A DNA stretch of 64,000 bases from NCBI GenBank assembly GCA_040389905.1, contig JAZJZK010000011.1:1-64000 (forward strand), read 5' to 3'. A program made the position numbers and the translations under genes. The notes beneath the pieces were generated by a model, which saw only the letters and a list, made by a program, of their open reading frames with translations, was not told the origin of the DNA and searched no databases. Shown here one piece after another: positions 60,101 to 64,000 of the stretch (positions are counted from its first letter, which is position 1; the number at the start of each line of letters is the position of its first letter). Source of the stretch: Gemmatimonadota bacterium (GTDB taxonomy: Bacteria; Gemmatimonadota; Gemmatimonadetes; Gemmatimonadales; Gemmatimonadaceae).

Positions 60101-60551
60101 CGCGGTGGATCGCGTGTTGCCTGCGCTGGTAGTTGCACTCGCGCGGCACATGGTCAAGCAGATGACGCCTGCGCGAGCAGCGATCGATATCGACGCTGCG
60201 CGTCCGCAGTTAGGGTTCATTCTCGACACGCTTGCAGAGCGCGTTGAGGCCTATGACCACGATCTCGATGCGGCAACTCGCGAAGAGATGCGGTTGAAGC
60301 TGCGCGGACTGGCGAGCGAGTTGCTGGACGATTGGAGCAGAATCGCGAAGGAACAGCACGACACTGGGTCTGAATTGAAGTACCAGCAATACGAGCGAGT
60401 CGAGCGCGCCCAGCCGCTACTCTGGGATCCGCTCGACCCAAGACTCGCCGAGTTGTCCGCGCCTCGCGGCCGATTCAAGGCGGCGCGTTCGATGCGCGAC
60501 GTAGAACCCGAAGTACTCCTGCTCAAGCGAGGCTCGCGCGATGGCACGTAA
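57111..60551 (+). CDS. drmA: DISARM helicase DrmA
   Basis: FPTGGGKTEAY, RYTLRLLT, QDELH, ATNMISVGLD, QSTSRVGR, PRDRSHYE. Confidence 0.94.
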   Translation: MTQTSVEVRDDVVRALRLDLVGPMANLESDAKYASERLPMSPSRWYLTGFLVPSNAPDEQRSDEASQEEMDLAGDSDIDGDEDVAPEKGAAKRLIFPASIGLSVLIPEGTDGLDAVITWGDYVPEPKASAATEGGEVDAAVGAVPIPRDQVWVRTPRSQSVRVPISAPGSKSKAVDVPGSGGIKLYSSARNTGGGATGLKKGTQSVAVFLVNERTPEPTDEKDRAFIFQAKLELTCNDGFVPRPDPRRGSEDDWDDKVADVQYADVFEYATGHGVSADWSVGAKTCTRAWTTWTPCANVPFVEPADMPEAMLEMQRLATVSGDELTAGLTPLVQGYSKWIELQRSHLPEDEKRKATATNLLSRATTARDRMQRGISLLDDDTIRRAFQLANLAMDEASRRRVAQRSGQAPGDVKAPAWRPFQLAFVLLNMAGIANPADTDREIVDLLFFPTGGGKTEAYLGLAAFTLILRRLRQPTVASAGVTVLMRYTLRLLTLDQLGRAASLICALERIRWTNTDSLGPWPFEIGLWVGRAATPNRMGKTGDQDESTARKRVQAYQQNSRRKPAPIPIESCPWCGTAFTRDSYDLRPNANHPIDLRILCVNTSCEFSGERALPIVAVDEPLYRRLPCFVIATVDKFASLPFEARAGALFGLVDRHDQNGFYGAADPGVGNPIPGGRLQPPELIIQDELHLISGPLGTIAGLYEAAIDRLATREQNGAMIRPKIVASTATVRRAEKQVRALFARRGVELFPPASANRDDSFFALTAPTDRHAPRQYIGLAAPGRSLKVVMLRAYIALLGASYRAYKANGADRFGSNPADPYLTLLGYFSALRELGGARRIIEDEVNSRLRIYGDRKRVGEQQGLFEDRDIEYEVLELTSRKSTSDVARAKQRLEHEWRLDNKGERVDVAIATNMISVGLDISRLGLMVVAGQPRGSAEYIQSTSRVGRLPTRPGLVVTLLTTNKPRDRSHYERFGFYHRTFYRSVEATSVTPFAPRAVDRVLPALVVALARHMVKQMTPARAAIDIDAARPQLGFILDTLAERVEAYDHDLDAATREEMRLKLRGLASELLDDWSRIAKEQHDTGSELKYQQYERVERAQPLLWDPLDPRLAELSAPRGRFKAARSMRDVEPEVLLLKRGSRDGT

Positions 60552-62325
60552 AGGCGTTGGGTCGCTCCGCCGAGGACAAGTGGTATCGTCGTTTGGTCCT
60601 GGCGCGACAATCGACCTGCCCGACATCTCCGTAGTGATTGGAGGGTTGGACTGGTGGAAGGGATATGACCAGGAGCGCATACTCGAGCCACGCCTTGAAG
60701 AGAAGGTCGCCCAGGCGCTCAAGGTCCCTCGGATCACGCTCTACGCACCTCCCGCTGAGGTGAAGGAACCTCACGGTCCGATGTTCGGCATTCCTGTCGA
60801 CGAGTTTCCACTGTGGTTCGTTGCCGACGTTGAACAGAAGAAGGGACGCGCGCGCACGAGGCCACTTCTTCATCAGAGAAGTCTGGTTAAAGGCGAGTAC
60901 GAACATGAGCGAAAGAAGTATCCCGTCACCCCCGTTCGTTTCGTCCAGGCGTGCAGCAACGGGCATATCGCCGACATCGAATGGTACGAGTTCACCCATT
61001 CGGGCCGTACTTCCTGTCACCGTCCGTTGTGGATCGATGAGTATGGCACCAGCGGCGATCTGACCGACGCGCTTGTTCGATGCGAGTGCGGCGAGCAGCG
61101 CGCGCTTGCTCAGGCGACTCGCCGGGATGTGTTGGGGCAGTGCAAGGGTCAGCGGCCTTGGCTTCCGAAGGGTGAGTTGTGCGGCGGTGTAGGTGGGAAG
61201 CCGGAGATGATGCGGTTGCTGATCCGCACGGCGAGTAACGCGTACTTCCCGCAGAAACTGTCTGTGCTCTCGTTGCCGGAGGCGGGCGACAAGATCCGCG
61301 CTGCCGTCCGAGGACTCTGGTCGATGCTGAAGGATGCGGACTCCGTCGAGAAGCTGGCGGCCTTCCGATCGATGCTGAGCGCGGTGCGAGATGGGCTTCA
61401 AGGCATCGATGATGCGACCGCGTTCGGGTACATCGTGGCCGAGCGCGAAGGCAGGACCCCGGTGCGACGGCCCATCAAGGTGGACGAGTTCGAGGCACTC
61501 ACGCAGGCCGCAGAGAGCCTCGGAGAGGATCGTCCCGACGGTGACTTCTATGCGCGCCGTCTTGCTTTGCCCAATCCGCAGGTGGGTGTGCTTGCCCCTA
61601 TCGAACGTGTCGTGCTCGTTCATCGGCTGCGCGAAGTCACCGCGCAACTCGGCTTCACACGCTTCGAATCGGTTGTCCCCGATGTCCAGGGTGAGCTCGA
61701 TCTTAACGTTCGACGAGCGGCCTTGGCGATGGAGCCGACGTGGATGCCTGCTGTCGAGACGCGAGGAGAAGGGGTATTCATTTCCTTCAAGAAGTCGGCA
61801 CTCGAAGAGTGGCGCGCGCGGCCTGAGGTGCGTGCGCGTGACGACGCCTTCAAACGCGCGTTCGATGCGCAACGAGGTCCGGCAGAGCGTCCAGACGCCA
61901 CCTACGTCATGCTGCATTCTCTGGCGCACCTGCTGATTACCGCCGTCGCGCTGGACTGTGGCTACAACACCGCCTCGATTCGAGAACGCATTTACGTCGG
62001 CGCGGACGGCTGCGGCATTCTTCTCTACACGGGGACATCGGACGCCGAGGGCACACTGGGCGGTCTCGTGCAATCGGGCAGGAAGATCGGACGGTACCTG
62101 CGCCTTGCACTCGACCTTGGGCGCCTGTGCGCGAATGATCCGGTCTGTGCGCAGCGGCCACCGGACTCACAGCATGACGACCGGAATTCGTTGGGCGCGG
62201 CATGTCACGGCTGCCTTTTGATCAGCGAGACATGCTGCGAACGGCGCAATGAGTACTTGGATCGCTCGCTTGTTGTCGCGACGGTTCAGAACCTTGGCTG
62301 CGAGTTCTTCGTCGAGCCGGCATGA
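60541..62325 (+). CDS. drmB: DISARM DUF1998 protein DrmB
   Basis: FGPGA, HSLAHLL, GTLGGL, C.NDPVC...ACHGC...C. Confidence 0.94.
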   Translation: MARKGVGSLRRGQVVSSFGPGATIDLPDISVVIGGLDWWKGYDQERILEPRLEEKVAQALKVPRITLYAPPAEVKEPHGPMFGIPVDEFPLWFVADVEQKKGRARTRPLLHQRSLVKGEYEHERKKYPVTPVRFVQACSNGHIADIEWYEFTHSGRTSCHRPLWIDEYGTSGDLTDALVRCECGEQRALAQATRRDVLGQCKGQRPWLPKGELCGGVGGKPEMMRLLIRTASNAYFPQKLSVLSLPEAGDKIRAAVRGLWSMLKDADSVEKLAAFRSMLSAVRDGLQGIDDATAFGYIVAEREGRTPVRRPIKVDEFEALTQAAESLGEDRPDGDFYARRLALPNPQVGVLAPIERVVLVHRLREVTAQLGFTRFESVVPDVQGELDLNVRRAALAMEPTWMPAVETRGEGVFISFKKSALEEWRARPEVRARDDAFKRAFDAQRGPAERPDATYVMLHSLAHLLITAVALDCGYNTASIRERIYVGADGCGILLYTGTSDAEGTLGGLVQSGRKIGRYLRLALDLGRLCANDPVCAQRPPDSQHDDRNSLGAACHGCLLISETCCERRNEYLDRSLVVATVQNLGCEFFVEPA

Positions 62326-63104
62326 ACGTCGTGCTGCCGGGGGTTGCACCTGTGCAACTCGAGAGGATCGCGGATGCCTTGGATCGTCCCGCATTTGCTG
62401 GCGACGTTGAAGTGCTCCTTCGCGAGCTAGATGTTAGTGACCCTTCGTCGGTCGCGCGGGAGTTGCGCGCACATCTCGCGCAGTCGACTGCAGCGAGCCT
62501 GTCTGACGTTCTGAGAGCTGTGGCAGCGGAGCGACGCGCGGCAACGCAAGCCGCAGACCGCCGGCTTGAACTTGTTTGGACGGGGCCAGAGCGAGATGGA
62601 ACGGCGACGCGCGACACTGCGGTCGTCGTTCGCGAGCTGTTTCAGTCAGCCGAGCATGACGTGCTGGTGGCCGGCTATGCCCTATACAATGCTCGGTCCA
62701 TACTTGAACCGCTTGCACAGCGTATGCTCGCGCGCGCAGCGCTTCGAGTGCGCCTCATTCTGAACATCGCACGTGATGAGGCCGCGCTCAGCGATGAGGA
62801 CTCACTCCGCGAGTTCGCGCGCAAGTTCAGGAAGCATCATTGGCCGTCGTCTCCGTATCCTACCTTGTACTACGACCGAAGAGCATTCGACAGGAGGCCG
62901 GAATGTCGCGCAGTAATGCACGCGAAGTGCGTCCTCGTGGATGCGAAGCGGAGCTTTCTCACGTCCGCGAATCTGACTGAGGCTGCACAGACACGAAACA
63001 TAGAGCTTGGAGTCGTAATCAACGACGCTGCGTGGTGCAGGGGGGTGAAGGAGCAGTTTGACGATCTTATCGCGCGCGGAGCCCTCTCCGAGCTGCGCTC
63101 TTAA
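62322..63104 (+). CDS. drmC: DISARM phospholipase D-like nuclease DrmC
   Basis: LVWTGP, HAKCVLVD (HKD), SANLT...NIELG; ATGA overlap with drmB. Confidence 0.93.
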   Translation: MNVVLPGVAPVQLERIADALDRPAFAGDVEVLLRELDVSDPSSVARELRAHLAQSTAASLSDVLRAVAAERRAATQAADRRLELVWTGPERDGTATRDTAVVVRELFQSAEHDVLVAGYALYNARSILEPLAQRMLARAALRVRLILNIARDEAALSDEDSLREFARKFRKHHWPSSPYPTLYYDRRAFDRRPECRAVMHAKCVLVDAKRSFLTSANLTEAAQTRNIELGVVINDAAWCRGVKEQFDDLIARGALSELRS

Positions 63105-63144
63105 GGCCAAGACGCGGGAGCCTTCGCGAGTGAGGTAAGCCAGA

Positions 63145-63777
63145 ATGCGACGCGAGAACAACGAAAGACTGGTGTGTAGTGCTTGTGCAAGCGTGTATGA
63201 AATGCGTAGGATCGACCTCAAAGACGCAAGGACGTTGGGGCAGCCGTGGCACTGTCCCAAGGGTCATCCGCAATTTCCCCCTACGGTGGCGGCGTTGAAG
63301 GTCGCGACACAACTGCTAGTGAAGGAAACCAAAAGAGCCGAAGCAGCGGCGACAGAAGTAGGGAAGCTAAGACGCAGGCTGGCCGGCCTGCTGCGTCTTC
63401 CAAAGAAGGAGCGCGAGAAAGCCAAAGCGATCGCGGTGAGAGACCGACAAGTTGTCGCACTGCAGGCGAAAGCAAAAACCGCCGCCGGCGAGATACGGCT
63501 ACTCCGCGAAGCAGCCCGGCTGACAAGCCGTGAGCTGCGAGCTCGTGAGTCAGAGCTGCGGACGCACGCACGAGATCGGGCGACCTTCTTGGCCAACAAG
63601 GAAGCGAGTGTAGCGAAAGCCGAGAAGGCTGCCCAAATCAAGGGATTTCAAACTGGTCTCGCACTTCTGTTTGATGACCTGCTACTTCGCGATTGTCCCT
63701 TTCATTCCTGCAAGGTGAGTGTCGCGTCCCTGAGTGAACTGCTAGATCATGTCCGAAGTCAGCATCTCAGGCCGTGA
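63145..63777 (+). CDS. Coiled-coil protein with an N-terminal Zn ribbon and a C-terminal C2H2-like finger
   Basis: CSAC...CPKGH; long heptad region; CPFHSC...HVRSQH. Confidence 0.65.
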   Translation: MRRENNERLVCSACASVYEMRRIDLKDARTLGQPWHCPKGHPQFPPTVAALKVATQLLVKETKRAEAAATEVGKLRRRLAGLLRLPKKEREKAKAIAVRDRQVVALQAKAKTAAGEIRLLREAARLTSRELRARESELRTHARDRATFLANKEASVAKAEKAAQIKGFQTGLALLFDDLLLRDCPFHSCKVSVASLSELLDHVRSQHLRP

Positions 63778-64000
63778 GACATAGAGAGTCTCATCATTCC
63801 CTTCCTCGCACGGTCCATGCTGCTTTGCGCTTTGATGGAGAAGTGGGCGACGGCGTCGAATACCGCCGACGCGGGCGTCCAGGTCACAAGCCTACATTGA
63901 TCCGGCGTGCAGCGCGTCCGTCGCGCGTTCTGGCATCAAACAACAGGCCGATGCAGCGTGGTGCAGGGGAGGAAGGAGCGGTTTGAGTCGGGACAGGCCA

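Larger units (their letters stand above)
34950..64000. mobile_element. Integrative/satellite-like defence island (right end not in the window)
   Basis: Integrase + xis-like gene at the left edge, primase-helicase, phage remnants, DISARM; visibly less GC-rich codon usage and no host REP elements seen. Confidence 0.75.

Overview
High-GC bacterial chromosome segment. The gene content (Ig-like lipoprotein, secreted M14/M20 peptidases, DUF4403, dense intergenic palindromes) suggests Gemmatimonadota, but that is an inference. Four zones. (1) 1-7.6 kb: a decayed array of co-oriented cassette-like genes separated by attC-like sites, with no integron integrase in the window. An IS3-family element sits in one attC-like site, and an IS66 element (8-bp TSD) splits a PD-(D/E)XK gene. 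(2) 7.7-19.5 kb: peptidases, an arginase-like gene and an IorAB-type molybdoenzyme. (3) 19.6-30 kb: a divergent 10-gene cobalamin-dependent methyl-transfer cluster: URO-D-type methyltransferase, corrinoid protein with an extra C-terminal domain, RACo/ASKHA activator, MetH-type reactivation domain, Cys-rich unknown, homocysteine methyltransferase, small unknown, MetF-MetV fusion, AcsE-like pterin methyltransferase and amidohydrolase. (4) from about 35 kb to the end: an integrative, satellite-like island. It carries a tyrosine integrase and xis-like gene, a primase-helicase, two uncharacterised candidate defence modules (RelE-like/UvrD helicase + HEPN-like; XRE + HEPN-like + Ser/Thr kinase), scrambled phage remnants and a complete class 1 DISARM operon (drmD-drmMI-drmA-drmB-drmC). 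All calls come from motif recognition by eye; no searches were run.
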